A stretch of DNA of 64,000 nucleotides, taken from Clostridia bacterium (lineage in GTDB: Bacteria > Bacillota > Clostridia > Christensenellales > CAG-314). Made by a program: the position numbers and the translations under genes. Within the stretch, counting starts at the first letter, position 1; each line of letters opens with the position of its first letter. Location of the stretch: contig JAFVYC010000003.1 in assembly GCA_017500855.1 (NCBI GenBank), forward strand, positions 70,442 through 134,441, in the 5' to 3' direction. This document shows, one piece after another, positions 10,119 to 20,200 of the stretch. The notes under the pieces were generated by a model that was not told the origin of the DNA, ran no database searches, and saw only the letters and a program-made list of their open reading frames with translations.

Positions 10119-10248
10119 CCATAAAGAGTGCGTGAGGGACAGCCCCGTTGACCGCACAGCAACCTACTAAAATTAGCAAGGTGCTAAAGGCTGAACGATG
10201 GGTATATATTTATGCGCGCACCCCATCGTATCGATGGGTTTTTCTTTT
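10119..10248 (+). promoter_or_regulatory. Riboswitch-like leader with mutually exclusive terminator/antiterminator (class not recognised)
   Basis: Two hairpins: GTGCG...CGCAC, and AGCAACCT...AGGTGCT with one bulge. CGATGGG (10196-10202) duplicates the 3' arm of the terminator CCCATCG-TAT-CGATGGG + TTTTTCTTTT (10221-10248), so it can compete for the 5' arm. Confidence 0.5.
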
Positions 10249-10287
10249 GCCTCTTTGTGGAAATATTTACGCAAAGGAGATTGCAAA

Positions 10288-10593
10288 ATGAAACGAAGAA
10301 CACTCAAAAGTTTAATGAAGCCCCAAAAGAAGGTTTATGTATTTATTCATTCCGAATGGGCTGCGCAGGCATTTTTTGCTCTAGCAAAATACGAAGGATT
10401 TACATTGTCTGAAAGGTTAAAAAACAGGGAAGCCGTCACTGATATTTTGATTGTTGGGCTAAATGCTGATATGAAACTTATACATATTAAACCATGCTGT
10501 CAGTCGGAAGCAATGATGTGGCATCACATTCTCACAGGCAATCGTTATAAAAACGAAATCTGGATAGATTTCGAAACAATGTTGTATAGCTAA
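10288..10593 (+). CDS. Hypothetical protein (101 aa)
   Basis: ATG 10288 is preceded by AAAGGAGA. No family recognised. Confidence 0.6.
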   Translation: MKRRTLKSLMKPQKKVYVFIHSEWAAQAFFALAKYEGFTLSERLKNREAVTDILIVGLNADMKLIHIKPCCQSEAMMWHHILTGNRYKNEIWIDFETMLYS

Positions 10594-10604
10594 GGAGAAA
10601 GATT

Positions 10605-10817
10605 ATGCGAAATATACACGATTCAGGCGAATACGATAAATACAAAAACACATCGGGAGAACATGGAGGCTCGGGTTGTTGTGGTTGGATTGTTATTGTA
10701 GTTGTAGTGGCTATGCTGATTTCTTTTATTGCTGACGGTGCAAGTTGGGATGCGATAGATACATTGCTAGGGTTGGGCCTAATTTTATACTGGTTCATAA
10801 AGTGGATGTCTAGATAA
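10605..10817 (+). CDS. Small membrane protein (70 aa) with GGSGCCGW motif and two hydrophobic helices
   Basis: AAGGAGAAAG RBS lies 5 nt upstream; TM-like segments IVIVVVVAMLISFIA and LGLGLILYWFI. Confidence 0.6.
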   Translation: MRNIHDSGEYDKYKNTSGEHGGSGCCGWIVIVVVVAMLISFIADGASWDAIDTLLGLGLILYWFIKWMSR

Positions 10818-10845
10818 ATGGTACTATTATACACACTCATCCGCA

Positions 10846-10870
10846 AGGAGAGCTTCGGCTCTCCTTTTTC
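10846..10870 (+). terminator. Intrinsic terminator; right edge of the AT-rich island
   Basis: AGGAGAGC-TTCG-GCTCTCCT followed by a T-run. Confidence 0.8.
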
Positions 10871-11095
10871 ATGCCCTTTTGTCTGTCAACCCCTGCAAAA
10901 TATCTTTACAGTTATAGATTTTGCTATTGCAATATAATAATGGCGAGCCATTTCCCCAATAACTGCTGTTTGCAAAACACAACGTGTACCCAAAAAATGG
11001 TGGCTGTTTGTTTTCTACCTACGTCAAGTAGTGTCGTTATTTTGTTCAATGCTCCACCCAAACACCATCTCCCAAAATTGTTTTTCCCAAACGTA

Positions 11096-11124
11096 TTGAC
11101 ATTGTGGGCGAGAAAATGTATAAT
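11096..11124 (+). promoter_or_regulatory. Sigma-A-type promoter of deoD
   Basis: TTGACA, 17-nt spacer, TATAAT. Confidence 0.6.
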
Positions 11125-11176
11125 AGTGGTATGGCTGGCCGTGACATTGGCTACAATCTACTTTGGAGGAACAACT

Positions 11177-11884
11177 ATGTCTCAAATCAAAACACCCCAC
11201 ATTTGCGCAAGCAAGGAAGATTTTGCCCCAACCGTGCTTATGCCGGGCGATCCACTTCGTGCAAAGTTCATTGCAGAAACCTATCTCACCGACGCAGTTC
11301 TTGTAAACAACGTGCGTGGCGTTCAAGGCTACACAGGCTACTACAAGGGCAAGCGTGTGTCCGTCATGGCAAGTGGCATGGGCATGCCATCCATCGGCAT
11401 CTACAGCTACGAATTGTTCAACACTTTTGGCGTGCAAAACATCATTCGCATTGGTTCGGCAGGAAGCGTTCAACCGGATTTGCACGTTCGCAACCTTGTG
11501 TTTGGCCAAGGCGCATGCACCAACAGCGCCTACGCAACTCAGTTTGGCTTGAACGGCACACTTGCGCCAATTGCAAGCTACACCTTGTTGGAAAAAGCAG
11601 TGGAAACAGCAAAGCAAATGGGCCTTACCTACAAAGTTGGCAACGTGCTCAGTAGCGACACTTTCTACGACGACGGCGAAGGCGCAATTGCTTGGCAAAA
11701 GATGGGCGTGCTTGCTGTGGAAATGGAAGCCGCTGCATTGTACCTCAACGCCGCACGCTGTGGCAAAAACGCTTTGTGCATTTGCACAATTTCCGACAGC
11801 CTTGTAACAGGCGAAGCGCTTTCCGCAGAGCAACGCCAAACGTCCTTCCACGAAATGATGGAACTTGCATTGACAATTGCCTAA
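11177..11884 (+). CDS. deoD: Purine nucleoside phosphorylase, DeoD type
   Basis: MSQIKTPHI...VLMPGDPLRAKFIAE...GMGMPSIGIYSYEL...RIGSAGS...VEMEAAALY. GGAGG RBS. The N-terminal 102 aa of the tracked ORF were discarded. Confidence 0.95.
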   Translation: MSQIKTPHICASKEDFAPTVLMPGDPLRAKFIAETYLTDAVLVNNVRGVQGYTGYYKGKRVSVMASGMGMPSIGIYSYELFNTFGVQNIIRIGSAGSVQPDLHVRNLVFGQGACTNSAYATQFGLNGTLAPIASYTLLEKAVETAKQMGLTYKVGNVLSSDTFYDDGEGAIAWQKMGVLAVEMEAAALYLNAARCGKNALCICTISDSLVTGEALSAEQRQTSFHEMMELALTIA

Positions 11885-11907
11885 CTAACAAAACAAAAAC
11901 CCACCAC

Positions 11908-11947
11908 AAGGCGCAGTGCCAAATTTGGCATTGCGCCTTTTTTTTTG
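11908..11947 (+). terminator. Intrinsic terminator of deoD
   Basis: 13-bp stem AAGGCGCAGTGCC / GGCATTGCGCCTT followed by T9. Confidence 0.8.
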
Positions 11948-11967
11948 AAACTATAACAACAAAATTG

Positions 11968-12440
11968 CCAACCCGTGTGTGAAAAACAACATTGCCCACG
12001 GCAACCACATTGCAAAAAGTGATACTTTGCAAACAATAATTGTTGAGACCGGCCCGACAAACCACAAACGCCACACTTTTTCTATAAAAAACAACATGCG
12101 TAGCGCAAAAACGCCAAGACGTGTATGAAAAAACGGCAGGCAAACAAAACAACCCGTTTGTTGCAAAGTTGCGCCTTGGATGCAAACAAGCAGGTTGTTG
12201 TGGTGCTACACACAGCCACTTGTGCAATCTCAATGCAAACAATCTCACCAAAACTGCAAACCCGTGTGTGGAAAAACGGCTTTTTGCGCCTTCGCAATTG
12301 CAACAGTCTGCTCACGCAAAAGCAACACCCCGTGTTGCAAAAACTTGCCACGTAGCAGTCAAAACTGCAAACCCGTATAGCAAAAGCGCACCGTTGCAAA
12401 GCAATCCTGTTCAACAGTGACACACGTGGTGCAAAAATGC
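11968..12440 (+). repeat. Irregular array of about 7 degenerate copies of the (A/C)CCGTGTGTGGAAAAAC / CACGTGGTGCAAAAA motif
   Basis: Copies at about 11971, 12116, 12152, 12261, 12328, 12370 and 12421, all in the same orientation. Spacing is 40-140 bp and there is no coding potential. Confidence 0.5.
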
Positions 12441-12450
12441 AAATTGCAAC

Positions 12451-12486
12451 AAAAAAAAACGCTACCACGTGGTAGCGTTTTTGTGT
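12451..12486. terminator. Bidirectional terminator-like hairpin
   Basis: A9-ACGCTACC-ACGT-GGTAGCGT-T5. Confidence 0.6.
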
Positions 12487-12577
12487 TTTTGCGTTGTTTT
12501 GCGATGGGTACGTTTTACAAATTCAAGCAACGTGTTTTCCTGCAAGTTTTTGCAAAAAACCAACCCCTGCTTGCAAA

Positions 12578-13660
12578 CTACTGTGCTTGTTCAACAATTT
12601 TGATTTCGTCCAAAATTGTTTGGTCGTGCTCAGCAAGTTCGTAGGCAAAGTGGCCAACTTGGAACCTAACAGTTGTGTACTTGCAAACTTTTTCCGTTTC
12701 GATGATGATTGTGTCCAAATTCTTTTCCTTCAACGTGTCGGGCAAGTTTTGTTGGAACATGTACGCAACGCCACCAATGGAAACTTGAATGCCGTTGAGT
12801 TTTGCGCAAACTGTTTCTTCGCCATTTTGAAGCACGCTGTTGTACTGATGTTGGAAACTGAAAGTTGCCGTTTGTGTGGAAAGTTCAAACGGTTGGCAAA
12901 CCGTTGTTGCCGTGCCTGCATCTTGGAAGTTGTCCACAGCCTTTTCAAAGCCACGAACGTACATCAAAATTTGCGCAACGTCCACAAACCTTGCAGTTTT
13001 TGCAATGGTCATCTTTTTGGTTTCGCCTGCGCCGTTTGTGATGGTAACTTCGTAGCTGTTGTCCTTTGCAACGTAGTTGTAGGTTGCAGTTTCGTCAAAG
13101 TGGCTAAGTTCTTGCGCAATGTTGCCAACGTAGTAGCCGTCCACCATTTTGCTACTTACCAGTGGGTGTTGAGTGCTGTCGTTTTTGAACCTTACGGAAG
13201 TTACAGTTGTTGAGCGAAGCGCAACCACGCCATCCGTCACTTGGAATGGGTAGTCTTGGCTTGTTGGTTCAACAACCAATCTTGCCTTTTGGTCGGCTGT
13301 CATTTTGGCAAGCAATGGTTCAACTTCTTCGGTGGCGTACAGCGCAACAAGATTTTGTTCCGTTGTGAACACAGCCGTGCCGTCGTTGTTTTCAACAATG
13401 TCGTACACAAGCGTTCCGTCCACGTCAATTGGCACAATTTCGTCCCCCTCTTTTGCAAGCGGAAAACTTCTTGCGTAGGTTGCGCCGTTAACTTTCACGT
13501 AGTTGCCGGCATCCTCTGCCCTTGCCAAGGAAATGTTGAAAACGTGGTGTTCAGTTTCCCATCTACGTTGCGAAATGGTTACTTTTGTGTTGTTGCACGC
13601 CGAAAGCGCCAAAGCCAGCGCCACAATGCACAACAGCAATGCAATAATTCTTTTTTTCAT
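12578..13660 (-). CDS. Hypothetical lipoprotein (360 aa)
   Basis: Signal peptide with lipobox MKKRIIALLLCIVALALALSAC. ATG 13660. No family recognised. Confidence 0.75.
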   Translation of the reverse strand: MKKRIIALLLCIVALALALSACNNTKVTISQRRWETEHHVFNISLARAEDAGNYVKVNGATYARSFPLAKEGDEIVPIDVDGTLVYDIVENNDGTAVFTTEQNLVALYATEEVEPLLAKMTADQKARLVVEPTSQDYPFQVTDGVVALRSTTVTSVRFKNDSTQHPLVSSKMVDGYYVGNIAQELSHFDETATYNYVAKDNSYEVTITNGAGETKKMTIAKTARFVDVAQILMYVRGFEKAVDNFQDAGTATTVCQPFELSTQTATFSFQHQYNSVLQNGEETVCAKLNGIQVSIGGVAYMFQQNLPDTLKEKNLDTIIIETEKVCKYTTVRFQVGHFAYELAEHDQTILDEIKIVEQAQ

Positions 13661-13781
13661 AAAAACTCCGTGTTGCTTTTGCAAGATATTTTGTGTTTTG
13701 CTGTATTATACCACACTTTGGGGCGTGTTGCCAACTGTTTGTGGGGCAACTGGCGCAACAAACCTGCTTTGTTTGTCACTT

Positions 13782-13800
13782 TTCCACACAAAGTGTGGAA
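13782..13800. promoter_or_regulatory. Palindrome TTCCACAC-AAA-GTGTGGAA (member of the TGTGGAA motif family)
   Basis: Read directly in the divergent intergenic region between the lipoprotein gene and addB. Confidence 0.4.
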
Positions 13801-13974
13801 GTTTTGTAGCGTTTTGTGAACATATGCGAAAAAAGTTCGGCAAAACTTCAAAACCACAACTGCAAATCTTGCGCAAAAACCTTGCAAAAACGTCAACAAA
13901 AGTGGTGGCACGTGGTGGGCGAAAATGCATTTGCAAATTTTTGCAGAAATTTGCGTGTTTTTTGCTTTTTGCTA

Positions 13975-14003
13975 TTGCATAACTTCGGCAAAAATGCTAC
14001 AAT
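13975..14003 (+). promoter_or_regulatory. Sigma-A-type promoter of addBA
   Basis: TTGCAT, 17-nt spacer, TACAAT. Confidence 0.55.
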
Positions 14004-14054
14004 GTAGTTGGTGAAAATTGCACATTGCACACTTTGTTTCGCCTAGGAGAACTC

Positions 14055-17000
14055 ATGATAACCATCTACAAAAGCAACTCAATGAAAAATGCGTCGCAAT
14101 TTGTCAACGACACAATCCGTCGGCTAGACAAAGGCAATCTAGACAACGTTTTCACAGTTATTGTGCCCGACCGTGCCTCGCTGGAAGCAGAGCGAGCCCT
14201 TTTGGATGCCATCGGTGGCAGTTTCAACACGCAAGTTCGCACCTTTCGCAGGCTTGCGGGGGACATTCTTCCACAGTTCGACTATCTCAGCAAACAATCC
14301 GGCGTGATGCTTCTTGCAAGCATCATTCAAGACAACAAACACAAGCTCTCTTGCTTCACAAAGGGTGTGCAAACGCCAGGTTTCGTGCAGGACATGTACG
14401 ACACAATTGCCACCATGAAATATTGCAAAATCTCACCCCGTATGCTTCAAAACGACAGCATTCCACGGGGAGTAAAGGCAAAAGCAAGTGACATTGCGTT
14501 GCTGTACCAACTGTATCTCGACCACACCAAGGACACCTTCGTGGACTCTGCCGACAAACTGGACATGCTGTGCCAAACGTTGCCAACGGCAAGCGTTGTG
14601 ACAAACGGCTACTTCTTTTTGTACGACTTCGACAACTTCTCCCAACAGGAACTCAACATCATCGAGCAACTTATGCTTTGCTCCAAGGGCGTGACAGTTG
14701 CGTGTTGCGCAAGCGACAAACCACAAGACAGACACTTGTACCTCAACGACATTTTCCACGGGGTGCAAAATCTTTGCAAAAAGAACAACCTGCCCTACAC
14801 CGTTGTGGACGGCACCAATGCCCCACAGCAAGGCGCAATTGCACAGCAAATTGCAAACAATTTGTTCCGCTACAACAAGGCAACCCCAGTTGAAATTGGT
14901 GGGGACGTGGGCGTGTTTTGCGCCGAAAACCGTGTTGACGAAGTGTACAACCTTGCTTGCCAAATTCAGCAGTACGTGCGGACAGGCAGGCGTTTCAAGG
15001 ACGTGTTCGTTGTGACGAGCGACGTCGACAAGTACATCAACAGCGTCACAACCGTTTTCGACCAATTTGACATCCCCTACTTTTGCGACAGGCGCTACTG
15101 CCTTGCCGACCACGCCTACAGCCGTTTCATCGTGGACTACCTCAACATGTTCGTTTCCAACAACAAGTTGCAAAACGTGCTGTCCTTCGTCAAAAACACT
15201 TTGTTTTGTTGCAGTAACCCCGACGGCGTGTTGGACAGCAACGTGTTCTTCTTCGAAAACTATTGCCTAAAGTACAACGTTGCCTACTACCACAAGGCGT
15301 TTGTTTTGGGGCAAGAAAAGGACAAGCAACTGTTGGAACGTGCCAACATGTTCCGAGAAAAACTGCAAAACGTGCTAGACGTGGTGCAATTTCCCAAGGA
15401 AAGCACGGTAGACGTGTTTGTGGAAAAAATTCACCAACTCATTGAATTTTGCCAACTCAACGAGCGCAACGTGGCGTTTGGTTTGCAACAGGAAAAGCAA
15501 GGGCTTGCCTTCGACAGCAAGGTTACTGCGCAAGCCGAAGCAAAATTCAGTCAAGTGTTGGAGCAAGCGCAAAAAATTCTTGGCAATCGCCATTCCACGT
15601 TGGAAGATTTCGTCAAGGTGCTTTCTTCTGCATTGGCATCGGTAAACATTTCCGTCATCCCCGTCAAAAACGACTGCGTGGTGCTTGCAAACATGGCAAA
15701 GGCACGCAAACACGACGTCAAATTTTTGGCGCTTCTTGGCGCAAACTACGGCGCAATGCCCATCATCAAGGCGGACGGACACCTTCTTTCCGACAAAAAC
15801 ATTGCCGACCTTGTTTCCGTTGGCATCAACGTGGAACCTCAAATGCGCATCGAAAACAAGCGAGAAAAATTCAGTCTTTTCCAACTTTTGCAAGAACCGT
15901 CGGAAAAACTGTACGTTTCCTACTCGCAAACGGACGGCGCCGAAAGGCTTGTAAAAAGCCCATTTGTGGATGAAATACAAAGTTTGTTCACGCAAAAGGG
16001 CAAACCATTTGCCGAAATGCCCAAGGACGAAGGCGTGTACACGCAAAAGCAAGCCATCTCCAAACTTGTGCTTTCCAACCGCAGGCAAACCGACCATCAA
16101 AAGGTAACGATGCCCACTTTCGACGTGCTTTCGCCTGTGTTTGCCGAGCAAACCAGCGGATACGTGTGTCAAAAACAGGCGCAAACCTTGCAAATTTCCC
16201 TTGGCAAGCAATTGTACCTTAGCAACAGCCAAACAAGCATAAGCAAAATAACCACCTTTTTGGCGTGCCCCTACCAATTCTACTTCAAGTACGGCTTGAA
16301 CGCCCGACCACGCAAAGTGGCAAAGTTGGATGCAGCCGAACTTGGCAACATCCTGCACGAAGTGTTGGAAAAAACCGTTGCCGACATCAGGGACAACCCC
16401 ACTTGCGACGTGAAACTCGTTGCCGAAAAACATTTCGACAACGTCATGCAAAACGATTTCTACAAAGCCATGGCGGAAGACAAGGCGCTTGTTGGCTTGC
16501 TTACGTTGCTCAAACAGGAAGCCAAGCGTATGTGCGTGGTAATTCAAAAGCAGTTGCAAAACTCCAAGTTCAAACCCTACAAAACGGAGTTGGCTTTTGG
16601 CGAAGAAACGCCCGAAAGCGCACCTGCAGTAAAAGTCGACTACGGCGACGGCCACTTCATGCTGGTGGGCAAAATTGACCGTGTGGACGAGTACGACAGC
16701 ACACGTTTTGTTGTTATCGACTACAAAAGTAGCAACACAAGCGGTTCCTACGACGAAAAGAAACTGTACGTTGGCGAAAAACTGCAACTGCCCATCTATG
16801 CCGACGCCGTGCAAAACTTCTTTCCAAACAAAATTGCAACGGGATTTTTCTACTTTGCAATGCACGACGACTTTGCCGACAAATCCAAATCCAACACCTA
16901 CGTGTACAACGGCAGGTTCGAGCGTGACGAAGACCTTGCCGTGGCGTTGGATGGCAACCTTGCGCAAAACAAAAGCAACGCGCTTGGCGCAAAACTCAAA

Positions 17001-17273
17001 AAGGACGGCAAGTTCCACGGCAACTACGCAAGGAACACGCTAATTACCCAACAACAACTGCAAAACCAAATTGCCTACGCCAAAAAACTTATTGCACAAG
17101 TGGGCAAGCGCATGACGGAAGGTTTTTGCAGTGTGTACCCCTACGAAAAGAAATGTGATTTTTGCGACTACAAGTGTGTTTGCGATTTCAAGGACGTGCT
17201 TGTGTACCCAGAACGCAAAGTAGATGCAAAAATAACAAAGGAAACTATCGACGAATTGGTGAAAAAACAATGA
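14055..17273 (+). CDS. addB: Helicase-exonuclease AddAB, subunit AddB
   Basis: About 1070 aa with a C-terminal RecB-type nuclease and an Fe-S cysteine set (CPYQFYFKYGL ... CDFCDYKCVC). AGGAGA RBS. Its stop overlaps the addA start. Confidence 0.95.
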   Translation: MITIYKSNSMKNASQFVNDTIRRLDKGNLDNVFTVIVPDRASLEAERALLDAIGGSFNTQVRTFRRLAGDILPQFDYLSKQSGVMLLASIIQDNKHKLSCFTKGVQTPGFVQDMYDTIATMKYCKISPRMLQNDSIPRGVKAKASDIALLYQLYLDHTKDTFVDSADKLDMLCQTLPTASVVTNGYFFLYDFDNFSQQELNIIEQLMLCSKGVTVACCASDKPQDRHLYLNDIFHGVQNLCKKNNLPYTVVDGTNAPQQGAIAQQIANNLFRYNKATPVEIGGDVGVFCAENRVDEVYNLACQIQQYVRTGRRFKDVFVVTSDVDKYINSVTTVFDQFDIPYFCDRRYCLADHAYSRFIVDYLNMFVSNNKLQNVLSFVKNTLFCCSNPDGVLDSNVFFFENYCLKYNVAYYHKAFVLGQEKDKQLLERANMFREKLQNVLDVVQFPKESTVDVFVEKIHQLIEFCQLNERNVAFGLQQEKQGLAFDSKVTAQAEAKFSQVLEQAQKILGNRHSTLEDFVKVLSSALASVNISVIPVKNDCVVLANMAKARKHDVKFLALLGANYGAMPIIKADGHLLSDKNIADLVSVGINVEPQMRIENKREKFSLFQLLQEPSEKLYVSYSQTDGAERLVKSPFVDEIQSLFTQKGKPFAEMPKDEGVYTQKQAISKLVLSNRRQTDHQKVTMPTFDVLSPVFAEQTSGYVCQKQAQTLQISLGKQLYLSNSQTSISKITTFLACPYQFYFKYGLNARPRKVAKLDAAELGNILHEVLEKTVADIRDNPTCDVKLVAEKHFDNVMQNDFYKAMAEDKALVGLLTLLKQEAKRMCVVIQKQLQNSKFKPYKTELAFGEETPESAPAVKVDYGDGHFMLVGKIDRVDEYDSTRFVVIDYKSSNTSGSYDEKKLYVGEKLQLPIYADAVQNFFPNKIATGFFYFAMHDDFADKSKSNTYVYNGRFERDEDLAVALDGNLAQNKSNALGAKLKKDGKFHGNYARNTLITQQQLQNQIAYAKKLIAQVGKRMTEGFCSVYPYEKKCDFCDYKCVCDFKDVLVYPERKVDAKITKETIDELVKKQ

Positions 17274-20200
17274 CGACAGCCAACGAAATTTTGTTGAACG
17301 AACTGAACAAAGCGCAAAAAGACATTGTGTGCTCAACGGGGCAAGATTTGCTTGTTTCGGCATCGGCAGGCACCGGCAAAACAAGGGTGCTTACCTACCG
17401 AATTGGCAAACTTATTGCCGATGGGGAAGATATTTCCAGCATGGTGGTGGTAACCTTTACCAAACTTGCCGCTGCGGAAATGAAAACTCGTGTTGGCGCA
17501 GTGCTTGCAAAACTTCCGCAAACGCCACACATTTCCGAACAGTTGGAAAAGTTGGACATGGCTTGCATTTCCACGTTGCACAGTTTTTGCACCGACCTTG
17601 CTCGCAACTACTTCTACATTGCCGACATCGACCCCAATTTTTCTATTTTGGACGAAAGCGTTTGCAAAAAACTGCAAAACTCCGCAATGCAACAAGTTGT
17701 GCAACAGTACTTCAAAAGCAACGACGAAGTGTTTGGCAAGCTGTACAAAATGCTTGCAACCAAGCGCAAGGAACAAAACTTTTTGGACTTGCTTTTTGAC
17801 CTGTACGAAAAATTGCGTTGCTTGGAAGACTACCAAGCTTGGTACCAATCAACGTTGCAAAACTTCCAACTAGACCAACAAAACAACCCCCTGCTTGCCT
17901 TTTTGTGCAAACAACTCAAGGCTGAACTGCAAACAATTGCACGTTGGGAATGCCAAGCCAGGGACTTTGCAAAAATGCATTCCATTGCATTTTTCGACGT
18001 TTTGGACCGCAACTGCAACGCATTGAACGGTGTTCTTGCACAGCAAGATTTGCAGCTTGTTGCAAGCCTTGCCGACGTGGTTTTAGAAAGTTTGCCCAGT
18101 CGCAACAAGAAGGGACTTGGCGACGAAGGCTTGGTGGAAGAAGCACGCCAACTGCACGAAAAAGCAACTGATCTGCTTGGCAAACTACTCAAAAAACTGG
18201 AAGCCTTCAAAGGCAAAACAACACAGCAACTTTGCCAAGAAACTGCAGATTTTGTTGTGTACACCAACAAAGTTGTGGAAATTATTGGGCAATTCGACGT
18301 TGCCTACACCGAAGCAAAACGCAATTTCGGTGGGCTTGACTTTGGCGACTTGGAACACGTTGCTTTGCAAATTTTGAACAACGACGAAGCACGCCGTGCC
18401 GTTCACGAACGCTACAAGTGGGTGTTTGTGGACGAGTACCAGGACACAAACCCCATTCAGGAAGCAATTGTGCAAAAAATTGCAACACGGGGTAGGCTTT
18501 TTATGGTGGGCGACGTCAAACAAAGCATCTACGGCTTCCGTGGTTGCGACCCCACAATTTTTGTAAAAAAGAAAAAACAAATTCAAAGTGGCGCACTATG
18601 TGGCGAGGTGCACACTCTTGGCCAAAACTTCCGAAGCAACAAGGGCATTTTGCACTTTGTAAACTGCGTTTTTTCGCAGTTGATGACGGAAGACTTTGGC
18701 GATATCGACTACAAAACCGATGGCAAATTTACCTTCGGCACCGAGCAACAAGCAATGCTTTTTGAACACACGGGTGCCCCTGTTGTGACGTTGGAACTGC
18801 TTGTTGACGACAGCGACAAGCAAGTTGAATCAAGCAAGAAAAAAGGCAAAAACGGCCAAACGGACGAACAACAACTTGCCGAAAGCGAACAAAGCCAAAA
18901 GCTGGAAATCTACAACCCCACGGCTGTGGAAAACTACGACCAAAAGCCAACGCAAGGCAAACTTGTGCTAAAAGCCATTCGCCAACACCTTGGCAAAATC
19001 AACCCCAAAACGGGCGAACGCATTTCCTACGGCGACATTGTGGTGCTAACTCGCAGTATGACGGACAAGGCGTCGCAAATCTACAAGGAACTTGTGGAAA
19101 ACAACGTACCCGTGTGCGCAAATTTCAAGGCGGAAGCCTACTTGAACAAGGAAGTGAGGGAACTTGTAAACCTGCTTCGAGTGGTAGACAACCCCTACAA
19201 CGACATTTTTGTGGCATCCTGTTGCCTTTCGCCTTTTGGCAAAATGAGCGAGCAAGAACTTGCCGAAGTGCGCATTTTGTCCGACAAACACAAAACTGCC
19301 TTTGTGGAAAGTTTGCAACACTACCAACAACACGGCAAAAACCAAGCGCTTCAACAAAAAATTGCCGACTTTTTGCAATTGGTAGAGGACGTGCGTTTTG
19401 TTTCTCGCAGTTCCACGGTGGACGTGGTTTTGCTGTACGTTTTGCAACGCACCAACTTCCATTTGTTTGTGCAAGCATTTCCAAACGGTGGCATGCGTGT
19501 CAATAAAATGTACACTTTTATCGACAGTTTGAAGGGCAACAACTTTGCGCAAAGCGTAGACAAATTCATTGCCTTTTTGGACGACAGCCAAGGGGAAAAG
19601 AAAGCCGACGTTGTGTTTGGTGGCGATGCCGTTCGCATGATGACCATGCATGCATCCAAGGGTTTGGAATTTCCCGTGGTGATTTTGCCTTGTTTGGAAA
19701 CGGAGTTCCGTGACGACCACGATGCCGTTTTGCTTGACACGGAATTGGGCGTTTCCATGAAGCACTACGACTTCGACCAAATGCTCAAGTGGGACACAGT
19801 TGGCAATTTCGCCGTTACACAAAGCATCAAAAACAAGCAAAAGCAGGAAGAATTGCGACTGTTGTACGTTGCAATGACTCGTGCCGAATGCAACTTGGTG
19901 CTTGTGGCAAAAACCACACCCCAAAACATTCAACAACTGCCCGAGCGTGCATCTGCTTGCAAGAGCCATCTCGATTGGATTTTGCACGCCCTTGCAAAAC
20001 TGCAAGAACAAAAGGACGCAACCTTCCAACAACTTGTTCAACAAAAGTACTTTGCGCAAAGCAACAACGATTTTGTCCTTCCAAATTTGGATGGGGACGA
20101 ATCGGCAAGCAAAGTCAAGCAAGAAACGGACGTAGACAAGGTAATGCAACAAATTGGCTACGTGTACCCATTCCAACAACAGCAAGAAATGCCTTCCAAG

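Noticed and set aside
10119-10205. Calling the 10.1-kb leader a GEMM-I (c-di-GMP-I) riboswitch.
   Set aside because: Only short partial matches (CGCACAG, GCUAAAGGC) are present. The highly conserved ACGCACAGGGCAAA and GGACGCAAAGCC cores are not. I kept it as an unclassified riboswitch-like leader pending cmsearch.
12261-12279. Interpreting every TGTGGAAAA-containing motif copy as a DnaA box.
   Set aside because: The 9-mer is one mismatch from TGTGGATAA, but it is always embedded in a longer conserved context (CCCGTGTGTGGAAAAAC) and is scattered after many genes. A distinct repeat family is more likely. Only the clusters at 2224-2262 and 25794-25953, which include perfect boxes, are reported as DnaA-box candidates.
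11968-12440. Possible CRISPR array, because of repeated motifs in a non-coding spacer.
   Set aside because: The repeats are degenerate and about 17-20 nt long with irregular 40-140-bp spacing. There are no uniform spacers and no cas genes in the window.
13829-13901. Phased A-tracts (intrinsically bent DNA) upstream of the addBA promoter, and similar T-tracts at 4130-4200 upstream of ftsH.
   Set aside because: A-tract spacing measured by hand is 8-14 bp, only loosely helical. It may simply reflect the ubiquitous GCAAAA bias. It is not supportable without a periodicity computation.
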